Origin: Octopus bimaculoides | Taxonomy: Eukaryota | Assembly (NCBI RefSeq): GCF_001194135.2 | Contig: NC_068987.1 | Span: 34,190,867 to 34,254,858, forward strand | DNA: 63,992 bases | Direction of reading: 5' to 3' | Shown here: piece by piece, positions 49,706 through 62,670 of the stretch | How positions within the stretch are numbered: position 1 is the first letter of the stretch | How the letters are laid out: each line of letters starts with the position of its first letter | Position numbers and translations under genes: made by a program | Notes under the pieces: generated by a model | The model's database searches: none | Told to the model about the DNA's origin: nothing | Seen by the model: the letters and a program-made list of their open reading frames with translations, nothing else

Positions 49706-51765
49706 TACAGCCATATACATACATACAAACGTCCATGCATACATACATACATAATACATACATACATACATACATACATACATACTTACATAATGGGTGC
49801 TAACTCGTTATCGAGTATGGCCATTGCACGTGGCTTAACTTCTAACGGTGCTGTGATCAAATGTGACTTTTTAGCCCATCTAAAGATCTACAATGTCTCG
49901 TACATAATTTTCATCTAAAACCTTTAATGGCAGTAGTTTAACTTGGCTTGATGTACCTTTGCATGTCGTTTAAGTTCTCTTGCTGAATCACACTCCCTTC
50001 CACATCCCTGACAGATATGATTGGTATGGTGTGTAGCATCAGTACCAGCGGCCTGGTAGTCAATCATCGGTCTCACTTTATGACTACGAAGATGTCTCTT
50101 GAGTTCAGCTTTACTGAGGCAAAGGCAAGGTTTTGCACAGAAACTGCATGTCTGCGCCATACGAATACCCTTACCATCTGGAAGTGCAACAGCGATGCCC
50201 TTCCTGATATCTTTCCCCACTTTTTCATGCTCAACTCAAGTTTCTCAAAAGTGACCCACCCTCATGCACAATCCTTCTCCACATGCTACGGTCAATAGCT
50301 ATGCTCTCCCCTGTGTGAGGAGAGATGCTATCATCTCTCAAGGAAGCCTTCAGCAATGTATACAATCTTCATAGCTCTTTCTTTTTGTTTTTTTTGGTTT
50401 ATGTGGAGGTCGCTCTCCTTTAGCTAACTCTCCATAGAGGAGTTGTTTTGGCATCCTTGAAACCTTCATCCTAACCGGATGACCACTCCACCTGAGCTTT
50501 TACTTCAACACAGGAGATTTTATAGTTACACACCGAGTGCTTTCCAATGTCTCAAGATCACTAACGCAGTTCTCCCTCCGTTTGAGGTATATCTGATATA
50601 AACGTTCCAGTTGTTTAAGCTGGTATCTTTATATGAACCTGGTCTCGCACGCATAAAGAAGAGGCGAGATCACAAACGCCTTATAGACCTTTATCTTTGT
50701 CTTCCTGTATATGTCTCGCCCATTCAAGAGGCGCCTTTCTAGCATTCCTAATTCTGTATAGAATTTCAATATCCAAATTGCTATATCAATTAACAGTGCT
50801 TCATAAGTAGACAAACTAATCAACTGCATCAAGTCGTTTACCATACACATAGATATTTGGTTCACTATACTGCTTACCAGGGGCAGGATGTAACATGCAA
50901 ACAGTTTTCTTGAGACTGATTGCCAATCCTAACGCAGTGCAATCATCAGAGCATGCATTCAAAATGTGTTGCATATCAATCTCTCGGTGCGCTACTAGAT
51001 CACAATCATCTGCATACAAAAGTTCTCTTATGAAAGAGGTAAATACCCTTGTTTTTGCAGCAACGTGCCGGAGTTTCGATAATGGATGTAAACACCAGAT
51101 CTGCAATGTTGAACGCAATAGAGAAAACCATCGCAATATATATGGCAAATAGGGTCGGTGCCAGAATATACCCCTGTTTCACTCCACTTTGTAATGAGAT
51201 GGGCTCCGACATTTTACCTCTAGCATTAACCCTACCCTTCATGTCTTCATGAAAAGACCTAACCAAAGCAAGGAACCTTGTATCATTGGAATCCGCCGCC
51301 GCCCGCATCTCATCGGCCTTCTTACACTACCACGTATCCCTCATCTGAGAGAGCCTCCGCCTCACACGTGATTTCACATTCTTGAGTTCCCTGTGTAACT
51401 CCGGTGGATTTGCTGACAAATAGTGTGGCAAAGGATGTCTACTGTCAGCGAATAAATCATCTGTATATTATCATTTTTTTAAAACAATCTTGATGCTTTC
51501 TTTGTGTCAATCTCAGAACGTTCCTGCCTATATCAAAAACTGGCTTTTAAAGGGCCAGCCAATCTTCTCAAATATCTGCAACAATCATTTCCTCTCCTAA
51601 AGTTCTATCTACACTTGTACAACAAACACGAGCAAAATTCAGTCGGTTACACAGAGTAATACCTGCAGCCCGGATTTTACGTTTTGGGATTAATTTCACT
51701 TTTGCACATACCAAACGGTGGTCAATCCAACACTCAACCCAACGAAGAACACGAACACATTGCAC
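49700..51765 (-). mobile_element. RTE-clade LINE with internal deletion, C-terminal C2H2-like fingers and a (TATG)n tail
   Basis: APE end WIDHRLV; linker KKADEMRAAADSND; RT GVKQGYILAPTLF and ELLYADDCDLVA; C-terminal CSFC..LKRHLRSH and CQGC..LKRHAKVH. (TATG)n at both ends. Confidence 0.9.
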
Positions 51766-52742
51766 ATACATACATACATACATACATGCTTAGATATTTA
51801 CACCCAGACACACACACACACACATACACACACACACACACACAGACACACACACACACATATATATATATATGTAAACATTATGTTAATAATCCATTAT
51901 ATTATCCTGTATTCCAAATATGGTCCATGCACTCAGATAATATAGAATAATGGAATCCTATATTGATAAGCATTTATAGATAACTCTTCTGCTCCTCAGA
52001 TAAATCAAATGTGAAATTTGTATAATTTAAAGAATAGTAGTATTTTTTTTAAATTTATGAAGTAATATGGGAAAATGTTGTTTGTTTGAAATATAAATTG
52101 AAATTTACAGCTTTTGATTTTGGTAAGTAGACTTTAGTATGAGAATCTTGAAATTCATATATGCTTCCTTGGTAATTCCTCTGAAGTAATCCATAATAAT
52201 TATGTATAAAATCCATTACATTTTCCTGTATATCAAATACGGTTCATATAAATAATATGATCTTATATTATTTAAGTCTATGAACCATATTATGGTTCAA
52301 TGTCTTAACTATACACTGACAGTCAAATACACACTTATACACAATGTGATGTTGTCGTTGTCATCATGGTACAGAATGAACTATATTTGACTATAGGAAG
52401 ATTATCTTTATAAAACGATATATTGTTTTATTGTGTCACTCTTGGAGTTTGATTTGATTTGGTGGAGTTGTGTGAGAATGCATTAGGAATAGACAGATAC
52501 AGAGATAAAAAAAATGTTATATATACAGATTAAGCACATCTATTAAATGTAAATTTAATGGTTAATATGTAATGGTAAATATAATGCAACCTTGCAACTG
52601 CTGCGATAATTATTAACTAGTAATTGAAAGGTACATCTGTAAAATAGGATGATATTTGTGTTAACACTGAGATCAAACGTGAAACAATAAAAGGCACGTC
52701 GATTACATCAACCCCAGCACTTAATCCATATCGATTTTATCG

Positions 52743-53157
52743 AAGGCGGTGAGCTGGCAGAAACGTTATACCCCGGTCGAAATGCTTAGCCGTATTTCGT
52801 CTGCCACTACGTTCTGAGTTCAAATTGCACCGAGGTTGACTTTGCCCTTCATCCTTTCGGGGTCGATTAAACTGGGTTCGATATAATCGACTTAATCCGT
52901 TTTTCTGTCCTTGTTTGTCCCCTCTGTGTGTAGCCCTTTGTGGGGAGATAAGAAATAAGAAACGTTAGTACGCTGGGCAACATGCTTAGCGGAATTTCGT
53001 CTGTCTTTACGTTGTGAGTTTAAATTCCGCCCATGTCGACTTTGCCTTTCGTTCTTTTGGGGTTGATAAATTAAATATCAGTTGCGTATGGGGACGATCT
53101 AATCGACTGGCTCTCTCCCCCAAAATGTTGTGCCTTGTGCCTCGAGTAGAAAAGAAT
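52743..53157 (+). mobile_element. Head-to-tail family A SINE dimer with two different 3' tails
   Basis: Copy 1 (52743-52958) has tail tttctgtccttgtttgtcccctctgtgtg. Copy 2 (52959-53157) starts inside the A box and has tail gactggctctctccccc...gtgcctcgagtagaaaag. Confidence 0.9.
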
Positions 53158-53199
53158 GCTATATCGCATTACAATATACATCATATTTTTTCCCCATTT

Positions 53200-53411
53200 G
53201 ACACGTAATACCGAACCAGTGTGAAATATTGCTCTGGACACGCATTAGGCAAGAATTTGAAAAGTATTTTGGCCCATGACGCTCGATCAGCCTTTAGTAA
53301 TACATGTGTAAAATTTGAATGAAATTAATTGGGTAGTTCTCGAGTTTTAGGGATTGACACGTACAGACAGTTGGGGGGACGCACATTCTCAGTTTAATAT
53401 ATATATATATA
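53200..53411 (+). mobile_element. Possible Helentron/DINE-like non-autonomous element 3' end
   Basis: aaatttgaatgaaatt...gtagttctcgagtt...acagacag...ttctcagtttaatatata resembles, from memory, HINE/DINE termini. Not verified. Confidence 0.3.
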
Positions 53412-54174
53412 NNNNNNNNNNNNNNNNNNNNNNNNNNNNNNNNNNNNNNNNNNNNNNNNNNNNNNNNNNNNNNNNNNNNNNNNNNNNNNNNNNNNNNNNN
53501 NNNNNNNNNNNNNNNNNNNNNNNNNNNNNNNNNNNNNNNNNNNNNNNNNNNNNNNNNNNNNNNNNNNNNNNNNNNNNNNNNNNNNNNNNNNNNNNNNNNN
53601 NNNNNNNNNNNNNNNNNNNNNNNNNNNNNNNNNNNNNNNNNNNNNNNNNNNNNNNNNNNNNNNNNNNNNNNNNNNNNNNNNNNNNNNNNNNNNNNNNNNN
53701 NNNNNNNNNNNNNNNNNNNNNNNNNNNNNNNNNNNNNNNNNNNNNNNNNNNNNNNNNNNNNNNNNNNNNNNNNNNNNNNNNNNNNNNNNNNNNNNNNNNN
53801 NNNNNNNNNNNNNNNNNNNNNNNNNNNNNNNNNNNNNNNNNNNNNNNNNNNNNNNNNNNNNNNNNNNNNNNNNNNNNNNNNNNNNNNNNNNNNNNNNNNN
53901 NNNNNNNNNNNNNNNNNNNNNNNNNNNNNNNNNNNNNNNNNNNNNNNNNNNNNNNNNNNNNNNNNNNNNNNNNNNNNNNNNNNNNNNNNNNNNNNNNNNN
54001 NNNNNNNNNNNNNNNNNNNNNNNNNNNNNNNNNNNNNNNNNNNNNNNNNNNNNNNNNNNNNNNNNNNNNNNNNNNNNNNNNNNNNNNNNNNNNNNNNNNN
54101 NNNNNNNNNNNNNNNNNNNNNNNNNNNNNNNNNNNNNNNNNNNNNNNNNNNNNNNNNNNNNNNNNNNNNNNNNC

Positions 54175-57100
54175 CAATCTTATCTAAGCGACTCAATCAT
54201 TTCTCAGTGCTGCTAGGCAGACCGGTGTTGTCTTCGTGTTTCCGTTCCTTTTGTATTGGATTACCTAACTGTACCGTCTCTCTTGGATTACTGTTTTGTC
54301 TTTCTCGTAGATTTTCGAGTTGAACTGTGTTACTCTTCCCCCTGTCGAAAGGGTAAAACAGTTATTTGTTTTGCAAAAATTTTAAACTATTTCAAACCGT
54401 GGTAGGCTTTTGTTTTGCCACGCCCTGAAAAGTGTGGTGGGCGGAATTTGAAACTCTGTTTTTGTAGGAAATTATTTTGTGTGTGAAACATTATTTGAAC
54501 AATTTTTTTTGGTCGTATTTTTTTAGTATTAATTAATTTCGGCCGAAGTATGTCGGTCGAAATAATTAAAGAACGATGCACTTTGGAGGAGGGAATTTAC
54601 ACTGAAGGTGCGAAGAAGTTTTCTGCTGTTGCCGCAGTGGAGACAGTCTCAACTGAAATTTGAAAAGAAAAATTAAATGAATACTTCAAGAGAGAATAAA
54701 GGAGAAGGACAGAGATATTAAAATGACACTTGCCTCCAACATCGAAACGGAAAGAAAAACGGTGCTGTTTAAAGCGTATATCATGGAAAGCAAACGCTTT
54801 AAACATTCCGAAAAGCAAAAAGTAGAAAAGTGCCTTGCCTCAGTGTGGAAGGATATTACCTATATCGCCAGGGGCAAAACATATGCCATCGTAGAGGTCA
54901 GATTGAAAACGGAAGAAATGGCCCACGAGTACTCAGTGAGCCCCTAGAAAACAAAGGAGATGGTACTTCTGCCAACATACATGGGGAGAAGTACTTCTCG
55001 TGTAAAAGTGGCAGAAGTGCTGCCTGAAAAAGACCCGAGTGGGTAATGGCTACTCTGTTATTCAACAGAGCAGAAAAAAATAAATTTTTACAAAATACAT
55101 TCTCTGCCCCTCAAAACTTGGTGGGACAAAGCATTTCATCCATCATCCAGAAGGGGTTGCAGAAGACATCAAAGCGCATCCAGAACAGGTGCCTGTGGGA
55201 AAGAATGTGGCCCTCCTAATACGGTGGAGGATAAAAAGCCCCACTTCTATGAATGTGGAAAGAAGGGACACATTAGGCTCCATTGTGAGGAGAGAAAGGA
55301 GAAAATACAGGATGATTAACCTTTACAGACACCAGGCCCTACAATTGTGAAAAACATCCCCAAGCCAACACACATACCGGCCCCGAGAACGACAAACATT
55401 CCCACCCACCCCTGTTGTGGTGCCGGCCCCAAAACACACAAACAAAATGATCCAACTCCTGTAGACACAAGCCCCTACAATAACAAAATCCTCCACCCCC
55501 TTGATATCTGAGGCACCCAGTGTAAAGAAAAACACGACTCACCCAGACGACACCATGGAGGTGTCCGAGGGGAAATACACATTAGTTCGGAAACGGAATC
55601 AGGTGCCATACCCAATATCACGTCCCCACAAAAAGCAGCACAGCACAACATGTTACGAAAAACCCGTCCCATCGTCCCAGATAGAAATAAGACACTGAAG
55701 TCTTAACTGAATACAATATTAAAGACATGTTTATGAACGAGATTGTCGTCAACCATCATCTCACAAAACCTTTTCACAAACACTTAAATGAAAGATGTGC
55801 CTGTAAAGGGGAAACCCTATTCAGACAGTTAAAGGGAAGGCATCCTGAAAACATCAGGAGGCTTGTTGTTCTGACCGGGTACTTGGAGGAGGAGAAGGAA
55901 GAAGCTGTCTTACGTGTAGTAAGGTCAGCCCCAACATCACCAGTCAAGGGTAAGTAGAGCCCTTGCTTTCTTCCCCACTGTATTTATGGCTTCGCTTAAC
56001 CCTGGATGTTTGAATGTGCGTGGTCTGAGCTCGAAGTGGAAGCAAGCCTGTTTCCTTGACGATCTCAGATCACTTGATATGCATGTAATGGTCGCTACAG
56101 AGAAAAAGCTGGACAGTCTACAAACCTTCTCCCCCCTCCTGAATGGCTATGAGAAAATCATGCCTCCTAGCCAGACTGGAGGTCGTGGGGTTCTTAGTAG
56201 TACTTGGCCGTAAAGGCTTGGGTCTGCAGACAAGTACAGTCTATGTAGACCCTGAAGGTGGGCTGGTCGTCCTTGATGTGACATACAGCTGCAAGGCTTT
56301 CAGGTTGATCGGGATCTATGCACCCTGTGCTAGAGGATTACAAACTGATTTTTATCGGTGCTAGAGAACTTTCTCGTGACGTCGAAAATATTAATGGTGT
56401 TAGGAGACTATAACGCTACCGTTGATGCACACATCAATCGCGTTGGCTCGATTGATAGGAAAGTAAACTCGCGTCGCGTAGATCTGCTGAAGAAAATTCA
56501 GCTAGCAGACCTTTAGACACTGGACCATCCGAACGCCCCAGAGTGCACCTGGATGAATGGCGACGGAAGGTTCAAGTCTTACTTAGACAGGATAGTGATA
56601 AGATCTAGAGATAATGCTAGATTTAGTTGTGCACAGCTTGTCCAGGTGTCCTACACTGACCATAGAATTGTCAAGTGTAGGCTGAACATGGATAGTACAG
56701 TTAAAAGAGGATCTGGTTACTGGAAGCTGAAGAAGTCTATTTTGAATTGCGAGGCATACCGTAGCCGGATTAAGGAACTAGTACAGAGGGCGTTAACCGG
56801 CTCCATGTTTAATAACCGGTGGTGGTTCACACCCAAGAGCCGTTCGTTTTGAATCTGTTAGGTTTAGCTGTCAGTTAAGTTTAGATAAGTCTAGAATAGC
56901 TGAGTGCACAATCGAGATTGTGCCGCCTCCTTCCCTTAGCGGGATGAGGAAGGCCTGGGTAGTGGTCATATGGAAATAAACAGTATCGAAGACGCGGTTG
57001 AAAGGGATTGTGACGGGTACCTTCGTATCTGACCAGGGGTTGGTCAACTTTATTAGTTAACATCTCAGTAGTAAGATCAGGCTGGAGAAGAGGTAACTGT

Positions 57101-57386
57101 CTCGTGAAAGATTCAGAAAAAGATGGATGCTTGGGGAGAGAACGCTGGGAGTAAGTGGCACCAAGTGAGTGGAGTCACGGAAAGAGAGCAAAGGTTCTAC
57201 TCTGGTGTAGTATGGCTTTTCTTTGCGGTAAACATTGCTTTTATCAATGTCTTCATTGTTAATCCCATCTGTATGATAATCATTGTTAACTTTTAATCGT
57301 TTAAAGCTGCTTCACCCTTGTTTATGTTTGTCTGTCCTTGTCCGTACCCTCTGTGTATTGCCTTATGGTAAATGTTATGAAATAAA
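54175..57386 (+). mobile_element. L1/Tx1-clade LINE: 5' UTR, ORF1 (CCHC), ORF2 APE and 3' end, RT deleted
   Basis: ORF1 starts at 54723 with knuckle YECGKKGHIRLHC (~55248-55287). ORF2 starts at 55986: MASLNPGCLNVRGL, IGIYAP, LGDYNA, TW..SYLDRI, YTDHRIV, GSGYWKL. Post-RT C-terminal sequence follows at ~56900. Stops and frameshifts throughout. Confidence 0.9.
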
Positions 57387-57393
57387 TTACTTC

Positions 57394-57520
57394 CCGGGTT
57401 GAGACTCACTGCTTGGTACCATGAAGTGTCTTCTTCTATAGCCTTGGGTCAGCCAAAACCTTGTGAGTGGATTTGGTAGACGGAAACTGAAAGAGGCCCG
57501 TCGTATATATATATATATAT
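57394..57520 (+). mobile_element. Family B SINE fragment running into a gap
   Basis: aagtgtcttcttctatagccttgggtcagccaaaaccttgtgagtggatttggtagacggaaactgaaaga. Confidence 0.85.
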
Positions 57521-60019
57521 NNNNNNNNNNNNNNNNNNNNNNNNNNNNNNNNNNNNNNNNNNNNNNNNNNNNNNNNNNNNNNNNNNNNNNNNNNNNNNNN
57601 NNNNNNNNNNNNNNNNNNNNNNNNNNNNNNNNNNNNNNNNNNNNNNNNNNNNNNNNNNNNNNNNNNNNNNNNNNNNNNNNNNNNNNNNNNNNNNNNNNNN
57701 NNNNNNNNNNNNNNNNNNNNNNNNNNNNNNNNNNNNNNNNNNNNNNNNNNNNNNNNNNNNNNNNNNNNNNNNNNNNNNNNNNNNNNNNNNNNNNNNNNNN
57801 NNNNNNNNNNNNNNNNNNNNNNNNNNNNNNNNNNNNNNNNNNNNGAGAAGAGAATGTTATATTGAATCTCTGAGCAATATTTAAACAGTAGCAGTACGAA
57901 ACCATTACATATATTTGTAAACTAAGCGTGGTTTCTTATACAAGACAGTACTACTGACGTTTATAGCTTCAGGAAAACATCTGGGGCGATTTTCTGTCCA
58001 CAGAGTATGTTAATCAGCAGCTAGTGGTAGAAGCACATTGCAAGCGCAAATTACTATATAGTTTTCACTTCAACTGGCCCTGCTCTCCTTAACATTATGC
58101 CAAGACACATAAATAACAAAAACTACTTATAACATTCAGTCGTGTCCTGGAAGCACATCTCCTGCAAATTCTAGATAAATTTATTATATAAACAATAAAT
58201 GTTTATGCGAATAAGCATGGTGTCCAAAGAACGACTGCAATATCAAACATCATTAAATGACTTTTCCTAGAGCAGTTCTGTTCCAACCTCTTCTGAGAAT
58301 CTACGTACATAAGCCATGAGTTTCGACCCAGTTTTCTGCTATCAAAATACATACAGGAATTATTGTCCAATCCAAAGATGCATTAGATGAAAATTCTGCA
58401 GTATGCTGTCCATTACGTTCAACCCCGAAATAGAGCTTTTTCAAAAAGACTTATCTGGACGTAAACTGTATATTTAAGCTCTGACGCGTTATTTGAAAGA
58501 TATATCTATCTATATNNNNNNNNNNNNNNNNNNNNNNNNNNNNNNNNNNNNNNNNNNNNNNNNNNNNNNNNNNNNNNNNNNNNNNNNNNNNNNNNNNNNN
58601 NNNNNNNNNNNNNNNNNNNNNNNNNNNNNNNNNNNNNNNNNNNNNNNNNNNNNNNNNNNNNNNNNNNNNNNNNNNNNNNNNNNNNNNNNNNNNNNNNNNN
58701 NNNNNNNNNNNNNNNNNNNNNNNNNNNNNNNNNNNNNNNNNNNNNNNNNNNNNNNNNNNNNNNNNNNNNNNNNNNNNNNNNNNNNNNNNNNNNNNNNNNN
58801 NNNNNNNNNNNNNNNNNNNNNNNNNNNNNNNNNNNNNNNNNNNNNNNNNNNNNNNNNNNNNNNNNNNNNNNNNNNNNNNNNNNNNNNNNNNNNNNNNNNN
58901 NNNNNNNNNNNNNNNNNNNNNNNNNNNNNNNNNNNNNNNNNNNNNNNNNNNNNNNNNNNNNNNNNNNNNNNNNNNNNNNNNNNNNNAAAAAAAAATATGC
59001 AAGCAAAAACGGTATCCATTTTTATTCATTGAAATAAATATGATAAAAACGACCCATGGTCAAAACGAAATATAACAGCACTTCAACAAAATACGTTTTA
59101 CACCTGAGAACATGACAATATCATGTGAAGCTTGTATTTATGTCTAGTACTGTGTATAATCTGTCAAATTGAGTTACACATAGGATACTAAATCACACTA
59201 TGCAGTGCAAATAATATAACAGGCGATCAGAAAAAAACAGCTCTACATTACACTTTGAACATTTAGAATAATAGAATGCTAACATCTTTCAATTCTCACT
59301 CGTGATAAGCAAGCGGCAAGGGATAATACACTTTAAACAAAAATAGGTGTAATATAACTTGAAGAAAATAAAGCAAGTATCGTATAAAATACTGCAAAGT
59401 GATATACACAAGATCATATTTTATCGAACTAACGTCAATTAAATAATGGCGTTCACACTTGATATCTACATATGGGAATTTCATAAGGAAAACACTCACA
59501 CTCACTTATTAAAAGACGCGCATACATACGTAAAAACACTCGTCTACGAATAATGCAGGGAAAATGAGAATGAAATAGCAGATGAAAAGTTTTTGTGATG
59601 ATGAGAAAAATGGCGATGATGGCGAAAACTATAGAGCTAAGTATGAAGAGGATAGTAGTGGTGATTTTATAATGCTGTTACTGCAGCATATCCTACTGTT
59701 GATGACGGCAGTACTTTTCACCGTTCTTTCTTTCGGATGCACGATAATAGAAGTCATTGTCGAAAAATTAATCCAAAAAATATGACTGCAACTAAATTTT
59801 TACTTCACTCGACTTTTTGTTGCTCTTTTGATCAATGTGTTACCGATATGTGTTCCTAGTCGCTTAATGATGATAATTTATTCTATTTCCAAATGTGCCA
59901 CAAATGAAACTTCATTCCAAACGTGGTCTATACAGAGAAATGATTGTTTTCTTAAGAAAATAAACATATTTCATTTGTGACGCAGTCACATTTAGACCAT
60001 TAAAGGTTCTGACAGATTA

Positions 60020-60670
60020 ACCTCCCCTTTGGATACGTCACAAAGTACATGCAGGTATTATAGTATGCTACAAAGGCTGTTGGCTCTCTAAAGAAGCGTC
60101 TATGGAGCTGCCATGACATTAAGTGCAACACTAAGAAACAGGGGTGCAGTGCCGCAATGCTCACATGTCATCTGTACGCCACGGAATGAATGGCCTGCTA
60201 CCGCAGGCATACCAAGGTCTCAATGCAAGTCCAACTTCGTCATCTGCGCTCCTTGCATATCACATGGTAACATTGCCTTCCTGATGTAGTGGTCCTCCGC
60301 TAAGCAGGACATGTTTGGTGGAGGAAGTGCGGAATACTTCCAAAGGTAGTCTTTAATGCTGATCTGCGTCCGGGCAGACAGGGCAGTGGTGGCCAGAAAT
60401 TGTGATTCAGAGATGCGCTGAAGAGGCATATGAAAATGTTTGTTATCTCCCTTTACTCATGGATGGAGAACGCTTGCGCCGCAATAAATAGCGCCGATCA
60501 CTGAAACACGTAATTCTAGTCATCGAGGTGAAACAACAGAGAGAATATGAAAGAGTACATGAGAGGCGTCAGTTCTCTGTTACGTCAAATAACTTCACTT
60601 GGCACAAATGTCATCGCTGCAGCAGATCAAGTGTATGTCTTGTAGTCTACATGCACGCCTAACAGAGAGG
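60020..60670 (+). mobile_element. RTE-clade LINE 3' fragment (same family as 20130-20780)
   Basis: ggctctctaaagaagcgtctatgga..ccatgacatt and aaatgtcatcgct.cagcagatcaag are shared with the 20 kb copy. Confidence 0.75.
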
Positions 60671-62169
60671 ATTTTTGAACAAGACCAGCTAACGTCGGAC
60701 CAGCGAGGGACAGCCGAAGAGGAGAGGAAGAAGAGGAAGGAGAGGACGAGGAGGTGGACGCGGACGTGGATGACGAGGTGAAGTTGATGGATAGGCACAC
60801 AAATGATGTAAAAGACAAAATTCTCCGAATGTATCTCTTTCTCTAACACGTTTTTTGCAAATCTACATCTCTTTCAACAAGCGAGACCGACCCTGAAGGT
60901 AAGGACTAGCGTCTACTATCGGTGTTTCTAATGTAGACAGAAATATTTGGGTGAAGTATATTGATAAAATCGCTCACACCAGTCTAAAATCGAGTAGGTT
61001 GCCTCAACATCATCTACTGATGGCATAAGTGTGGCTCTTTTATATATTCTCCCATCACTAAAATCGGCCTCTCATATGTCGATGTATCTATTTCATTGTA
61101 GTATTTCTCTCTGTTACACCGGTAGCAGTCGGAGTTTCCCACAGAAAACGATACAGGCTGTTTCTAATAACGAGTAATTCTATTTCACGTTCATTTGTTA
61201 TAATATACAGATTACAAGCACTTGGCAAACTGAAATTGATGCCAACCGCAAATTATTCTAACATGCTCTATTAAAAACATAACATTCATATTGCTTGAGG
61301 TTTACGCTCAAGTTTATGCTTGGGCGTCAGATTTAAAGACGTGCAGCAGGTTTGGTTACGATGCCAGGGATCTGGTTCGTGCACTGCCCCTAGATAGAGA
61401 CAACGTGGTAAGAAGCTGTATATTATGTGATTGTTTTTAGACATGACACACACACAATGCGCAACATCCTTCGATGTAATTCACAAGGCAAGGTTTTAGG
61501 TGGCTGCTAAACCATTGCTTAAAGCAGCTATTAATGATGCCCAAAGTCGTACAAAAAAGAGAGGATCGCCTACTATTTACCATTGTTGATTTTAATAAAA
61601 CAACGTCCTTTCTAAATGTAAAAATATACGGTAACTAAAGTGTATATCTAAAGTGCACTGATATCGAAAATATTAGAATCATATAAATGACTGATAGTGA
61701 ATGTCATCAATAAAAGTCTTTTACGAGAAACATAGTTCAATAAATAATAAAATACGTATCTATACACATCTATATGAGGCCTACACAACCACTAACGGCG
61801 AGCCCTTTCAGAATTACTCTATATTCTCTCTTCTCTCTGTCGTTGTATTCAATATTTCAATTAATGTTTGTATGCATCTCAGTCATCAGAAATACCCTTT
61901 CCATATATTAGTTAAGCAAGAAATAGAAATACGCTCCCCCAAAACATCAAATATAGTGTTGTATCGTTTTTAGGGACTTCTATCTATTTTACGACCAATG
62001 CACACTCTTCATTCTATCTCGACTGTTCTTCTCAGAAGATTTCAGAAACTGGGGAAAAAAAGAAAGCAAATCAAAACATTGCTATCACGAATCCCCGTGT
62101 CCGATTAAGTAGGAATCCAACTGGGATAATTCTTCAGCAAATATACTACCAATATAAGCACAGGCGTGG

Positions 62170-62670
62170 CTAGGCTAGGTAGTGTCTTCCATTATAGCCA
62201 TGGACCGACCAAAGCCTTATAAGAGGGTTTGATAGACGGAAACTGAAAGAATATATATANNNNNNNNNNNNNNNNNNNNNNNNNNNNNNNNNNNNNNNNN
62301 NNNNNNNNNNNNNNNNNNNNNNNNNNNNNNNNNNNNNNNNNNNNNNNNNNNNNNNNNNNNNNNNNNNNNNNNNNNNNNNNNNNNNNNNNNNNNNNATATA
62401 TATATACACATACTGGTGTACATCTGTGTGCGTGTGTGTGTGTGTGTGTATGTGTGTGCGTGTGTGCGTTTGTGTGCGTAGGTGTGTTTGTGTGTGTGTG
62501 TGTTCCTGTCTGCGTGGTTTTGCTGTCCGCATCACTGCTTGACAACCGGTGCTGGTGTGTTTACGTTTCTGCAACCTTGCTGTTCCGTAAAAGAGACCTA
62601 TATAATAAGTACTCGGCTTAAAAGAAAATAAGCCCAGCATGGCCGTAGTCAAATGACTGAAACAAGTACA
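62170..62670 (+). mobile_element. Family B SINE, 5'-truncated, spanning a gap
   Basis: gtgtcttccattatagccatggaccgaccaaagcc...ttgacaaccggtgctggtgtgtttacg...cagcatggccgtagtcaaatgactgaaacaag. Confidence 0.85.

Noticed and set aside
60690-60790. Purine-rich stretch encoding EEERKKRKER or RGR-like peptides
   Set aside because: Low-complexity GA/GGA repeat next to an RTE end, with no splice or domain support.
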